DNA from: a virus | Taxonomy: Duplodnaviria > Caudoviricetes | Virus record (IMG/VR): IMGVR_UViG_3300028585_000537 | Coordinates: 1-36,190 of that record | Length of the DNA stretch: 36,190 nucleotides | Direction: 5' to 3' (one strand) | Shown here: positions 25,264 to 33,704 of the stretch, piece after piece | How positions within the stretch are numbered: the first letter of the stretch is position 1 | Layout of the letters: each line of letters begins with the position of its first letter | The notes under the pieces: model-generated | Databases searched by the model: none | Seen by the model: the letters and a program-made list of their open reading frames with translations, nothing else | Told to the model about the DNA's origin: nothing | Translations under genes and position numbers: made by a program

Positions 25264-25908
25264 CTATTTGCGCCGGTGACTTAAGCCGCCATCGAACCAC
25301 TGCTGACCCGCCGCGTGCATGACCGCCCGCTCGTAATCCCGCTTCTTCCGATTGCCGACGCAGTTCGCAGTCAGCCATTCGTCTAGACGCTGGATCAGCA
25401 CGTCGTCTGCGAGCACCGACTTGTCGCAACCGAACTCGGCCAATGCCTCGCGGATGCGCTTCCGGCGGGCGTAGACGGCCTTTTCTTCGTTGCTCTGCTG
25501 ATGGCGAATGCGCCCGTCGACGGCTTCCAGTGCGAACTCCGTGACGACGCGGTGGGCGAGCCGACGTTCCCCTTCGCAGTTCACCGGATACCAGCCGCGC
25601 AACGGCGACATGGCGCGGTTCTTAAGATCCTTCCAGCGGGCAAGGTCGAGGTGGAGTAGCTTGGCCAGCAGTTCATCATCATCCGGTAGCGTACCAACCG
25701 GCCGCTGTTTCTGCGACAGCATGATCAGGTTCAGGAAGAACCAGCCCACTTCCGGCTGCATCTTCAGATAGGTGTCGCTGTTCAGCCAGCGGTCGTGATT
25801 GAACATGACGAAGCGGTGCCCGTTCATGTTCGCATCTTTGGCGATCGGATACTCTTCCAGCTTGCCGATCTCGACCAGTTGCGGGCCGCCGTGCGCGAGG
25901 GCCGTCAA
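25264..25908 (-). CDS. Replication initiator-like protein (DUF1376/YdaU-like N-terminus)
   Basis: RWLNSD...QRPVGTLPDDDELLAKL...RLAHRVV motif; upstream of the iterons. Confidence 0.7.
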   Translation of the reverse strand: MTALAHGGPQLVEIGKLEEYPIAKDANMNGHRFVMFNHDRWLNSDTYLKMQPEVGWFFLNLIMLSQKQRPVGTLPDDDELLAKLLHLDLARWKDLKNRAMSPLRGWYPVNCEGERRLAHRVVTEFALEAVDGRIRHQQSNEEKAVYARRKRIREALAEFGCDKSVLADDVLIQRLDEWLTANCVGNRKKRDYERAVMHAAGQQWFDGGLSHRRK

Positions 25909-26366
25909 CGTGGCAGCCCCAATGAATCGCCGACATCGTCCAGTGCATCGCGGGCATCGGCATATTCTTTGTGGGCCTTGGCGACCTCTTCAGGCGTCTT
26001 TGCGGTAATAATCGCGGCTGCCAGTTCGCCGCTTTCGATCATGAAACGGGCTGCAGCGGCGTTGCGGCAGACCGCAGCAGTAGGATCATCCTCGTTCAGC
26101 GAGACCAGCCAATCCGTGACCGGCGTCCGACGCGCGGCTTCTTGCAGGTAGATGATGTCCATCACGGTCCAATCGGCGTGGCCGTTCTTCTTCTGCGACA
26201 AGGTGCCGGCGGAATGCGTGCGACCGGAGCGTGCCTCAATGACGGCATTCGCCGCCACGATGCCACCGAGCTCCGACAGCAGTCCGTTCATGTGCGCATT
26301 CAGAACGAGGCGTTCATTGGTCACAGCAAACCTCATTTTCTGGTGGGGACGTTCGTGACGCGCCAT
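25905..26366 (-). CDS. CII-position transcriptional regulator
   Basis: LGGIVAA..GTLSQKKNG HTH-like region plus ESGELAAA helix; directly after cro. Confidence 0.6.
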   Translation of the reverse strand: MARHERPHQKMRFAVTNERLVLNAHMNGLLSELGGIVAANAVIEARSGRTHSAGTLSQKKNGHADWTVMDIIYLQEAARRTPVTDWLVSLNEDDPTAAVCRNAAAARFMIESGELAAAIITAKTPEEVAKAHKEYADARDALDDVGDSLGLPR

Positions 26367-26414
26367 ATCGGCTGCATGACGAGTGAGTTGAGTAATGAGT
26401 GGGGCGGGCGGGGG

Positions 26415-26648
26415 TCATGGCGTGGCAGCCTCTCGCTTTTCTTGGATGAATTCGATGTCCCAGCCCGGCGGAAGCTCGACCCAACTGGCGACCGGAATGC
26501 CGATCAGGCGCTCGATCTTCACGGCCAGCTCCAAGGACGGGGTTTTCTTCCCGTGCTCCAACATCGAAAGGTACGGCGCACCGATCCCGAGGCGCGTCGC
26601 CACGTAGGCACGAGAAAGGCCCAGTGATTTGATGGCATCAGTCAACAT
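26415..26648 (-). CDS. cro: Cro-like XRE HTH regulator
   Basis: LSRAYVATRLGIGAPYLSMLEHGKKTPSLELAVKIE; divergent from cI; likely leaderless ATG at 26648. Confidence 0.85.
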   Translation of the reverse strand: MLTDAIKSLGLSRAYVATRLGIGAPYLSMLEHGKKTPSLELAVKIERLIGIPVASWVELPPGWDIEFIQEKREAATP

Positions 26649-26655
26649 GGCGTCA

Positions 26656-26706
26656 GTTACTAATAGTGAAGTTTCATGGTCAAGTGGGTTATTCACTATC
26701 AGTAAC
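26656..26706. promoter_or_regulatory. OR operators (2 copies) and PR
   Basis: GTTACTAATAGTGAA (26656-70) and TTCACTATCAGTAAC (26692-706); minus-strand TTGACC-N18-TAACTG. Confidence 0.75.
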
Positions 26707-26760
26707 GAATTTACCGCAGGCCTATCGACCGACTTGTGCCAATCAGGTCATTCATTTTTG

Positions 26761-27369
26761 ATGAAATTGAGAATTCGTCACCACCGGAAGAATGCTGGCT
26801 ACACGATCGAACAGCTTTCGGCGCTGGTCGACATATCCCCGTCATATCTATCGATGATCGAGCGAGGCGCGCACAACAAGAAGCCGAGCAGTAAGCTCAT
26901 CGCCACGCTGGCTAATGCTCTTGGCGTCGCCCCGGGTGCGATATTTGACACACGTCAGCCTGTTGCCGTTGCAGGACGGGTTGGCGCGGGAAGCGCAGTC
27001 GAATTGATCGATGCCTATGCTAAGGGCGACGGCCTGTATCATGTCGCCGCCCCTGACGACCTGCCTTCATCGGGCATCGTCGCGGTAGAGGTGAAGGGAG
27101 ACTCGATGTCCCCGCTGATCGAGGAAGGTGACATCATCTTCTTCACTCGCCACTTCTTGGGCGTGCACGAGGATGTGTTGGGCCACGTCGGGATCTGCCA
27201 GACACAGGACGGTCGTGCATTGGTCAAGCAAATCAGGGCGGGCCGGGAAGAGGGGACGTTCGACCTGTTTAGTGTGAACCCCGCCAACCCGCCGGAATAT
27301 GGGGTCAAACTTGTATGGGCGGCTCCCTGGCGTCGCCATCTTAGACGGCAAGATGTCGAGCAAGTTTGA
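26761..27369 (+). CDS. cI: CI-like repressor (XRE HTH plus S24 peptidase)
   Basis: HTH, VGAG cleavage site, GDSM catalytic Ser, LVKQ catalytic Lys. Confidence 0.93.
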   Translation: MKLRIRHHRKNAGYTIEQLSALVDISPSYLSMIERGAHNKKPSSKLIATLANALGVAPGAIFDTRQPVAVAGRVGAGSAVELIDAYAKGDGLYHVAAPDDLPSSGIVAVEVKGDSMSPLIEEGDIIFFTRHFLGVHEDVLGHVGICQTQDGRALVKQIRAGREEGTFDLFSVNPANPPEYGVKLVWAAPWRRHLRRQDVEQV

Positions 27370-27391
27370 ATATCAACAGAGAGGATATATA

Positions 27392-27577
27392 ATGAGCAAG
27401 GAACCGAAGGATCGCTTCGAAAGACCAGTGAGACCTGCCATAAAGCCCAGCAATGATCGGAGCGACGTCGGAAAATCGCACGGTCAATGGATTAGGAACG
27501 ATGACAACAACATCTCCAGAACCCGGCCAGTCCCTCGTCGAACCACAACATCAGAGAATGACGAAGGCGAACGCTGA
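27392..27577 (+). CDS. Small charged, likely disordered protein (61 aa)
   Basis: GAGGA RBS before ATG 27392; overlaps the start of the next gene. Confidence 0.55.
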   Translation: MSKEPKDRFERPVRPAIKPSNDRSDVGKSHGQWIRNDDNNISRTRPVPRRTTTSENDEGER

Positions 27578-28070
27578 CGACATCCACGAAGTAAATTGCG
27601 ATGTGCAGCGTTCAGTAAGATACCACAAAGCGCGAGAGCGGTTTTTTGAATGGTATCGCAACCTTTTCACTTTTGTCACATTGCTTTCAAGCTCTGGCGT
27701 AGTAGTGACTCTGCTATCAGAAAATAGACAGATTTCACTCGTGCTTGGCGTTGTGGTCGCGGCGATCCAAGCGACTGACCTTATCTGGCAACCCGGTCAG
27801 CAAGCCCGTGTTCACAATGGCCTAGCCAGCGAATTTGTTAGCTTGGAACGTGCTCTTGTTCGTAAAGAAATTGTGTCCGCTGGCGATCTCAGAGAGATCA
27901 AGGCAGAAATGCTTATGATTGAAGCGCGCGAACCCCCCGTCCGCCGGTATCTCGATATCATATGCCACAATCAAGTAGCGGTCTCTCTTGGTTCGCCAGA
28001 CAAAAGTCCTTTGAGCAAGTGGCAGAGGCGCTTGGCACACTGGCGTTCTGGAGATGAAGCGCTGCAGTAA
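27558..28070 (+). CDS. SLATT-like 2-TM membrane protein
   Basis: RSVRYH..R..FF, two hydrophobic helices, ARVH...F..L, IEAREPP; lower GC. Confidence 0.7.
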   Translation: MTKANADDIHEVNCDVQRSVRYHKARERFFEWYRNLFTFVTLLSSSGVVVTLLSENRQISLVLGVVVAAIQATDLIWQPGQQARVHNGLASEFVSLERALVRKEIVSAGDLREIKAEMLMIEAREPPVRRYLDIICHNQVAVSLGSPDKSPLSKWQRRLAHWRSGDEALQ

Positions 28071-28102
28071 GTTTAATACCTGAAAACACAAACACGCCAG
28101 TT

Positions 28103-28130
28103 AAGCCCCGCCACCACGGCGGGGCTTTTT
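28103..28130 (+). terminator. Intrinsic terminator of the cI operon
   Basis: AAGCCCCGCC-ACCAC-GGCGGGGCTT-TTT. Confidence 0.85.
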
Positions 28131-28163
28131 GTTTGTGCGGCCGCCCGGGACGAAACAGATAAT

Positions 28164-28215
28164 TTCACCAATAGTAATTTTTTTCTTGCGTTCTTTTTTT
28201 CACTATTGGTAACTA
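28164..28215 (+). promoter_or_regulatory. OL operators (2 copies) and PL
   Basis: TTCACCAATAGTAAT (28164-78) and TTCACTATTGGTAAC (28199-213); TTGCGT-N18-TAACTA. Confidence 0.75.
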
Positions 28216-28243
28216 TCTTCATCGAACCCCGATGGAGGCGTCA

Positions 28244-28486
28244 ATGCTCAACATCCCCGACAGCCCGCCGCCCGTTGCCGTCACGGCATTCCGTGCGCCG
28301 CAGGCCCGCCTGAACGGCCAGCAGATCGCGCGGGAACGCGCCGCTGCCGTCAAGGAATTCGTCCGCACATTCTGGCCTCTTGCTGCCGTCGCGGTGCTGA
28401 CGCTCATCCTCGCCCTCACCTATGACAAAGCCCTGCCCAACGTGTCCGTCACGCTGGAACAGGCCGACGCATGGGCGGCAATGTGA
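28244..28486 (+). CDS. Early single-TM protein
   Basis: GGAGG RBS; hydrophobic FWPLAAVAVLTLILALTY. Confidence 0.7.
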   Translation: MLNIPDSPPPVAVTAFRAPQARLNGQQIARERAAAVKEFVRTFWPLAAVAVLTLILALTYDKALPNVSVTLEQADAWAAM

Positions 28487-28728
28487 TGGCGAACCGCTAC
28501 ACCCACGCCGTGAAGCAGATGGCACTCCATTACCGCGTCCAGCGGATCGCCGCGGATCGCGGATGGGACTGCACCGTCGGTGACATCGCGGACGAACTGG
28601 ACCTCCCCATCACCACCGTCAGCAACGTCTGCCGCGCGAAAGGATGGTCCACCCGCCTCAGCTCCATGAAGGCGGACCATTCAACCCATTACCTAGTCGA
28701 GGATCACCGGGGCGCAGAAGTGGCCTGA
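28486..28728 (+). CDS. Early HTH protein
   Basis: CTVGDIADELDLPITTVSNVC; TGATG coupling. Confidence 0.75.
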   Translation: MANRYTHAVKQMALHYRVQRIAADRGWDCTVGDIADELDLPITTVSNVCRAKGWSTRLSSMKADHSTHYLVEDHRGAEVA

Positions 28729-28818
28729 TCCCTACCCCCCGATTTCCTCACCCTTCACCGAAAGGCACCGCCCGTGAACGCACTGGCCCGCCCAACCCCT
28801 TCCACAGAAAGGCGCACG

Positions 28819-29181
28819 ATGTCCGCACCGGAAGTCCGCAGCCTCGACCAGATCCTGTCTCTGGCCGACAACGGCGACTACCAGCAGGACCTGCTTCAAC
28901 GTCACGCCGACCTGATCTCCGAAATGGTCAGCTTCTCGCAGGCCTTCGGGGCCAAGGCGTCCGGCAAGTTCCAGATCAGCATCGCCTACACGGTCGATCG
29001 CTTCGGCCAGATCGAGATGACGATCGAGGACAAGATCACCCCGCCCAAACCCCCGAAGGCCAAGGGCATCGCCTGGACGGCCGAGGGCGGCGCACTCACC
29101 ACCGCAAACCCCAACCAGATGCGGATGGACATCCGCGATGTCGGCGGACGTCGCGAACTCCGCAGCCCCCACGCTGATTGA
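28819..29181 (+). CDS. Early protein, usual upstream partner of DUF2303 genes
   Basis: ASGKFQISI...GGALTTANPNQMRM pattern; GAAAGG RBS. Confidence 0.75.
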   Translation: MSAPEVRSLDQILSLADNGDYQQDLLQRHADLISEMVSFSQAFGAKASGKFQISIAYTVDRFGQIEMTIEDKITPPKPPKAKGIAWTAEGGALTTANPNQMRMDIRDVGGRRELRSPHAD

Positions 29182-29198
29182 TCGAAAAGGGACAGATC

Positions 29199-30175
29199 AT
29201 GGACGAACCGCAGAAGAACATCGTTGAAACCGTGCTGGACCGGATGGCTGGGATTTCCACACCCCACACCATGCTGACAACGGCATCCGAAGCGCAGGAC
29301 ACACCGGAACTGGGCATCATCGCCCTGCATCAGGACATGCGCCCGCATGACCTGACCCCGCAGATCGACGCCATCGCGACGAAGCTGCAGCCGTGGCGCC
29401 GGACCGGCACCGCCCGGATGCTGGATCTTGCCAGCCTCATCGCCTGGGCGAACCGCAACAAGGGCGAAACCTCCGTCCTGTTCGCGAACACCGGCAAGGA
29501 ACCGAGCCTGACGTGCATCGCCGACTATCTGGGCGCCGGCGCACCCGTCATCGACCACTTCACCCGCGACCCTGCCGCCAGCCACTGCAAGCACCGCGCC
29601 ACCTACACCTTCCCCCTGTCGGAGGAATGGAAGACGTGGAGCGCAATCAGTGGCAAGGCCATGACGAAGGCAGAGTTCGGCGAGTTCATCGAGAACAACG
29701 CGAAGGATCTCCTGGACCCGACCCCCGCCCTTCTGGGCAGCGGGCGCGGCGAGACGGAGGCGTGGGAAGATCGCATGATCGACGTCGCGGCGCAGCTGCA
29801 GGGTCGCTTCGGGCAGTATGCCACTCTGGTCAAGATGGCTCGCGAATTCCAGGTCAACGAGGTCAGCAACATCACGACGACACTGAACCGCGACACCGGC
29901 GAAAGCAGCGTCCAGTTTCTGAACGAGCACCAGCAGCCCGACGGGCAGGCGCTGACGATCCCGAACCTGTTCATGATCGCCATTCCCGCATTCGACCGGG
30001 GCGCGGCCTACCGCCTCGCCGTGCGCTTCCGCTACCGCAAGGTCGGTCAGGACGTGCGCTTCATCATGTCCCTCTACAACCCTGACGTCGCACTCGACGA
30101 CGCATTGGAGGAGGCGCTGGAGCAGCCCGGGCGGAAACCGACCTGCCCCTGTTCCGCGGCATCCCCGAGGTCTGA
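29199..30175 (+). CDS. DUF2303 (YfdQ-like) protein with a 1-nt frameshift near the C-terminus
   Basis: IADY..HRATY..SEEWKTW..FGEFIE..F.IAIP.F motifs; adding 1 nt near 30125 restores ARAETDLPLFRGIPEV*. As written, the ORF runs to 30251. Confidence 0.8.
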
Positions 30176-30247
30176 CGTTCCGGTGTCCGGCCCCGCGCGG
30201 GCCGGCGTCCCGAACGCCATCCCCTCACATTCACCCCGGAGCCTTCC

Positions 30248-30445
30248 ATGACGGCCGCCATCCCGATGAACATGCGCCAGATCGCCCGCGAAGCCCTGCG
30301 CACCGAAAGCCTGTCGGCAGAACGCGAAGCCGAAGCCCTGATGATCTTGGACGATAGCCCGGATTACGAGGACCACTTCCTCGTGCAGCAGCTGCGCCGC
30401 ACGTTCCGCGCCGACATGGACCAGATCCAGCCCGATGAACCCTAG
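30248..30445 (+). CDS. Small hypothetical early protein
   Basis: 65 aa, GGAG RBS. Confidence 0.6.
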   Translation: MTAAIPMNMRQIAREALRTESLSAEREAEALMILDDSPDYEDHFLVQQLRRTFRADMDQIQPDEP

Positions 30446-30736
30446 CAGCGGCTGGAGCCGGGTGGACTCATCGGATGCGCCATTCAAATCTCCATCGGAG
30501 TGCTGATCGGAGCCGTCGTGCTGACCGCGATTGGCCTGACCTTCGATGCCCCCGCCACTATCAATTTCCTTACCTTCGGAGGCTTCGATGTTCGCTGACA
30601 CACACTCCAATCACTTCCGCAGCAGCTGGTGGATCGTGCCACTTGCGATCATCGGCATGGGTCTATGGATAATCGAAGTATGATCGCGTTTCAAAACGAA
30701 GGGCTGAAACCTGCGTGGTTTCTGTTGTCACCTGTC

Positions 30737-31024
30737 TCATCCGCGCTTGGCCACACACAGGTCAGGCGCAATCGTATCCCAGTCGCCATCGATCAAGCCT
30801 GCACTGATAAGGGCTGCCAAAAAGGCGTCACGCGCATTGTCTTGGGACTGGTCGGCCTCGAACGCAAGGATGCACCGCATGACAGCATCATGATAGGCCG
30901 CTGCCTTTCGCCACTGCCACTGCTCCGTCAGAAAGATGAGCGCATGGCCCGTGCTTCGGATCAGATGCCGCGTTTTGGTGGCAGGGTTTTCAAAGGAGAT
31001 ATGCTCTCCCCACGCATGTCCCAT
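30737..31024 (-). CDS. DUF982-like moron protein
   Basis: W.....I.ST..A..FL...W......YHDAV..C......ARDAFLAALISAG; GAGAGG RBS; inside a lower-GC insert. Confidence 0.75.
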   Translation of the reverse strand: MGHAWGEHISFENPATKTRHLIRSTGHALIFLTEQWQWRKAAAYHDAVMRCILAFEADQSQDNARDAFLAALISAGLIDGDWDTIAPDLCVAKRG

Positions 31025-31246
31025 AGTCGTACCTCTCAGCATACTGGCGATCATTTGCAACCGGTTACACTTGAATGTCCACGTACAATAATCAACAAAT
31101 TCCGCGAGGTATGCGATTACCCGTGTAACCTGACCTTTCGTTGTCTGACAACTATGAGCATTTTTTCCGGCATCAAAACATTGCTCAGCGGTGTCATCCG
31201 TTTGGCATTAGCAACGGCCATTTCTAAAGCCCCTCACGCCCTCCAA

Positions 31247-31270
31247 ATTTTGACGTTGCCGCGTCAAAAT
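31247..31270. repeat. Perfect 9-bp inverted repeat
   Basis: ATTTTGACG-TTGCCG-CGTCAAAAT. Confidence 0.6.
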
Positions 31271-31350
31271 GAATCCCCTGCGCATATCCGGCGTCTAACT
31301 AACGCGATGACCTTCTCATGTGCATGGACCTTTGTGGGGATAGGACGCTG

Positions 31351-31599
31351 ATGGCGGGCCTTCGCATCATCCGGCAAACTGTCCAGCCCATGGGGCCGCT
31401 GTTCGTGGCCAACATCTGGACCGAGGACGGCCAGCACTTCGCCGGGCGCGGGCCGTCCCACGCCAGTGCCCACCTGCGCGTCTCCATCGCCTTCCACGCT
31501 GCCGAGGCGCGAGCCAAGGCCAGCTGCGACGTATGCCAAGCCCCGCAGGACGGCCACCAGACGTGGTGCCCCAAGGGACCGGGGGCGATGTATCAATGA
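31351..31599 (+). CDS. Small protein with C-terminal CxxC-H-C Zn motif
   Basis: CDVCQAPQDGHQTWCP; AGGA RBS; ATGA overlap with the next gene. Confidence 0.6.
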   Translation: MAGLRIIRQTVQPMGPLFVANIWTEDGQHFAGRGPSHASAHLRVSIAFHAAEARAKASCDVCQAPQDGHQTWCPKGPGAMYQ

Positions 31600-32255
31600 C
31601 CCCCATGCGCATCTTGATCGGCTGCGAGACAAGCGGTGTGATGCGGCGGGCCTTCGCGGCCCGTGGCCACGACGTGTGGTCCTGCGACCTGCTGCCCGCA
31701 GACGATCGCAGCAACCGCCACATCGTGGGCGACATCCGCGATGTGCTGAACGACGGCTGGGACATGCTTGCCGTCATGCATCCCCCCTGCACCCGCCTTT
31801 GCAACAGCGGCGTTCGCTGGCTGACGGCACCGCCCCGAGGCCGGACGCTTGCCGAGATGTGGGCAGAACTGGACGCAGGCGCGGCCCTGTTCGCGGACTG
31901 CTGGAACGCCCCCACTCCCCGTGTGATGATCGAGAACCCCGTCATGCACCGCCACGCCAAGGAACGGATGCCGGCCAATCTGCCGAAGCCGCAGATCGTG
32001 CAGCCGTGGTGGTTCGGGGATGAAGCCTTCAAGGCGACCGGCCTTTACCTGCGCGGCCTGCCGCAGCTGGTCGCGGCCAACCGCCTGACCCCGCCCCGAA
32101 AGGCTAATGAACCCGCCCGCCACGCCGCTTGGTCGAAGATCCACCGCGCAAGCCCCGGCCCTGATCGCTGGAAGCTGCGCAGTGCGACCTTCCCCGGCAT
32201 CGCTACTGCCTGCGCCGAACAGTGGGCACCTATGATCGAGGACATCGCAGCATGA
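31596..32255 (+). CDS. Short DNA cytosine-C5 methyltransferase-like protein
   Basis: ILIGCETSG (motif I variant), HPPCT (IV), IENP (VI), RSATFPGIA (X-like). Confidence 0.8.
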   Translation: MTPMRILIGCETSGVMRRAFAARGHDVWSCDLLPADDRSNRHIVGDIRDVLNDGWDMLAVMHPPCTRLCNSGVRWLTAPPRGRTLAEMWAELDAGAALFADCWNAPTPRVMIENPVMHRHAKERMPANLPKPQIVQPWWFGDEAFKATGLYLRGLPQLVAANRLTPPRKANEPARHAAWSKIHRASPGPDRWKLRSATFPGIATACAEQWAPMIEDIAA

Positions 32256-32944
32256 CCGACAAACCTATCCTCTTCTCCGCCCCCATGATCCGTGCCCTTC
32301 TGGAGGGCCGGAAAACGCAGACGCGGCGGTTGCTGAAACCGCAGCCCCACTCGCCAGAGAGCGTGGTGTCATATTGCGTGTCGGCAAACAAATGGATGAG
32401 TTGCGAACCCTCACCCCTGACTGGGGGAACACGTCAGATGGACCCATGGCGGACCTTGCCCTATGCCGTGGGTGACCGCCTGTGGGTGCGCGAGGCGTGG
32501 TGCCTTGATGCGCAGATGGATCACCGCATGCCGTTGCAGGTTTCCCCACTGGAGCCGCGCGGATACCCCGCCAATAATTGGGTGATCGAACCTTCCTGCA
32601 TGATGATCCGCGCCGGCCGTCTTCGGAATGCGCGTTTCATGCCCCGCTGGGCCAGCCGGATCACCCTGACCGTCACCGACGTTCGGGTGCAGCAGATCCG
32701 CGACATGTCTGACGAGGATGCCATCGCCGAGGGGATCGAGATGCTCCGCCTGGACGACGAACAGGGCTGGAAGAATTACGAACCCCACTGGCTGAACCGC
32801 ACATGGGAACGCCCCGTGGTCAGCTTTGCCACGCTGTGGAACAGCATCCATGGCTTGGGGGAGTTCGCCAAGAACCCATGGGTGGCCGCCTACACCTTCA
32901 CCGTTCAGCACGGCAACATCGACCAGCTGGAGGCCGCGGCATGA
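32252..32944 (+). CDS. ASCH/PUA-like phage protein
   Basis: PILFSAPMIRALLEGRKTQTRR, GDRLWVRE, MPRWASRITL, NPWV motifs. Confidence 0.8.
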   Translation: MTDKPILFSAPMIRALLEGRKTQTRRLLKPQPHSPESVVSYCVSANKWMSCEPSPLTGGTRQMDPWRTLPYAVGDRLWVREAWCLDAQMDHRMPLQVSPLEPRGYPANNWVIEPSCMMIRAGRLRNARFMPRWASRITLTVTDVRVQQIRDMSDEDAIAEGIEMLRLDDEQGWKNYEPHWLNRTWERPVVSFATLWNSIHGLGEFAKNPWVAAYTFTVQHGNIDQLEAAA

Positions 32945-33486
32945 CCGAAGCCCCCCGCATCCATTCGAAAGCCCGCACGATGTTCGTCACCCACGAGGAG
33001 GCCGAGCAGCTGCTGCGCAAATGGTGGCCTGACCCCGCGATCCGCCAGAAGACCATGGCCGAACGCCTCGGGGTGACGGACCGATATCTGTGCAAGCTTT
33101 GCCGCCAGTTTGGTCTGCCCGATCGCCGCGACCCGAAATACCGCGAACGGTTCCGCGTGCGCATCAGGAACGAAAATCATGCAGACGCCTACGTAGCTGC
33201 AGAAGCTTGCGGCGTGGCCGAGAACACGGTGCGCTCCGCTTTGTCCAAAGGCCGCGGGGACTTCATCGGACTTGGCAGAAGCCGGAAGCACCGCACGGCA
33301 CCGGGCGGCATCCCGAAATCCATTCGTCTTGGCCCTTTCGAATGGCCCACACAAGCCGCAGCGGCGCGGGATCTTGGCGTCTCGCCGTCCTGCATCACGA
33401 AGAACCGGAAGGCCGGACGCCATGACGTGCTGGAGGCGCTGGCCATGCAGTACCAGGCGAAGATCGAGAAGAGGAAGGCGGCATGA
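32941..33486 (+). CDS. Multi-HTH DNA-binding protein (GcrA-like N-terminus, NUMOD1-like C-terminus)
   Basis: EQLLRKWW...MAERLGVT......RQFGLPDR and EWPTQAAAARDLGVSPSCI. Confidence 0.6.
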   Translation: MTEAPRIHSKARTMFVTHEEAEQLLRKWWPDPAIRQKTMAERLGVTDRYLCKLCRQFGLPDRRDPKYRERFRVRIRNENHADAYVAAEACGVAENTVRSALSKGRGDFIGLGRSRKHRTAPGGIPKSIRLGPFEWPTQAAAARDLGVSPSCITKNRKAGRHDVLEALAMQYQAKIEKRKAA

Positions 33487-33704
33487 CGATAAGTGAGGCC
33501 CAGACGTTGGGCGATGCTCTCCCTGCCCGGATGAAGCAGATCCGCGAAGTCTATATTCCCGCCTATCAGGAGATCGGCCCAGCTGGGAATTTTGCCATCG
33601 TCCTTATGCAGAACGATTTATCTGCCGCCGAGAAGGCAATGGCTAGCGGTGATCTTATCGGGATGATCGCAGCCTATAAGAGCCTGATGGAGTACAAGCT
33701 GTGA
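33483..33704 (+). CDS. Small hypothetical phage protein
   Basis: 73 aa, coupled on both sides by 4-nt overlaps. Confidence 0.7.
   Translation: MTISEAQTLGDALPARMKQIREVYIPAYQEIGPAGNFAIVLMQNDLSAAEKAMASGDLIGMIAAYKSLMEYKL

Noticed and set aside
26629-26760. N-terminal extensions of cI and cro in the ORF track
   Set aside because: They run through the operator/promoter region; the HTH domains begin at ATG 26761 and ATG 26648.
31079-31103. EcfG-like promoter for the second DUF982 gene (GGAAT-N15-CGTG, minus strand)
   Set aside because: Mismatches in both elements; too weak to call.
30629-31351. 240-aa plus-strand ORF
   Set aside because: Overlaps the better-supported DUF982-like gene on the minus strand and shows no recognisable motifs; a short 3' portion cannot be excluded.
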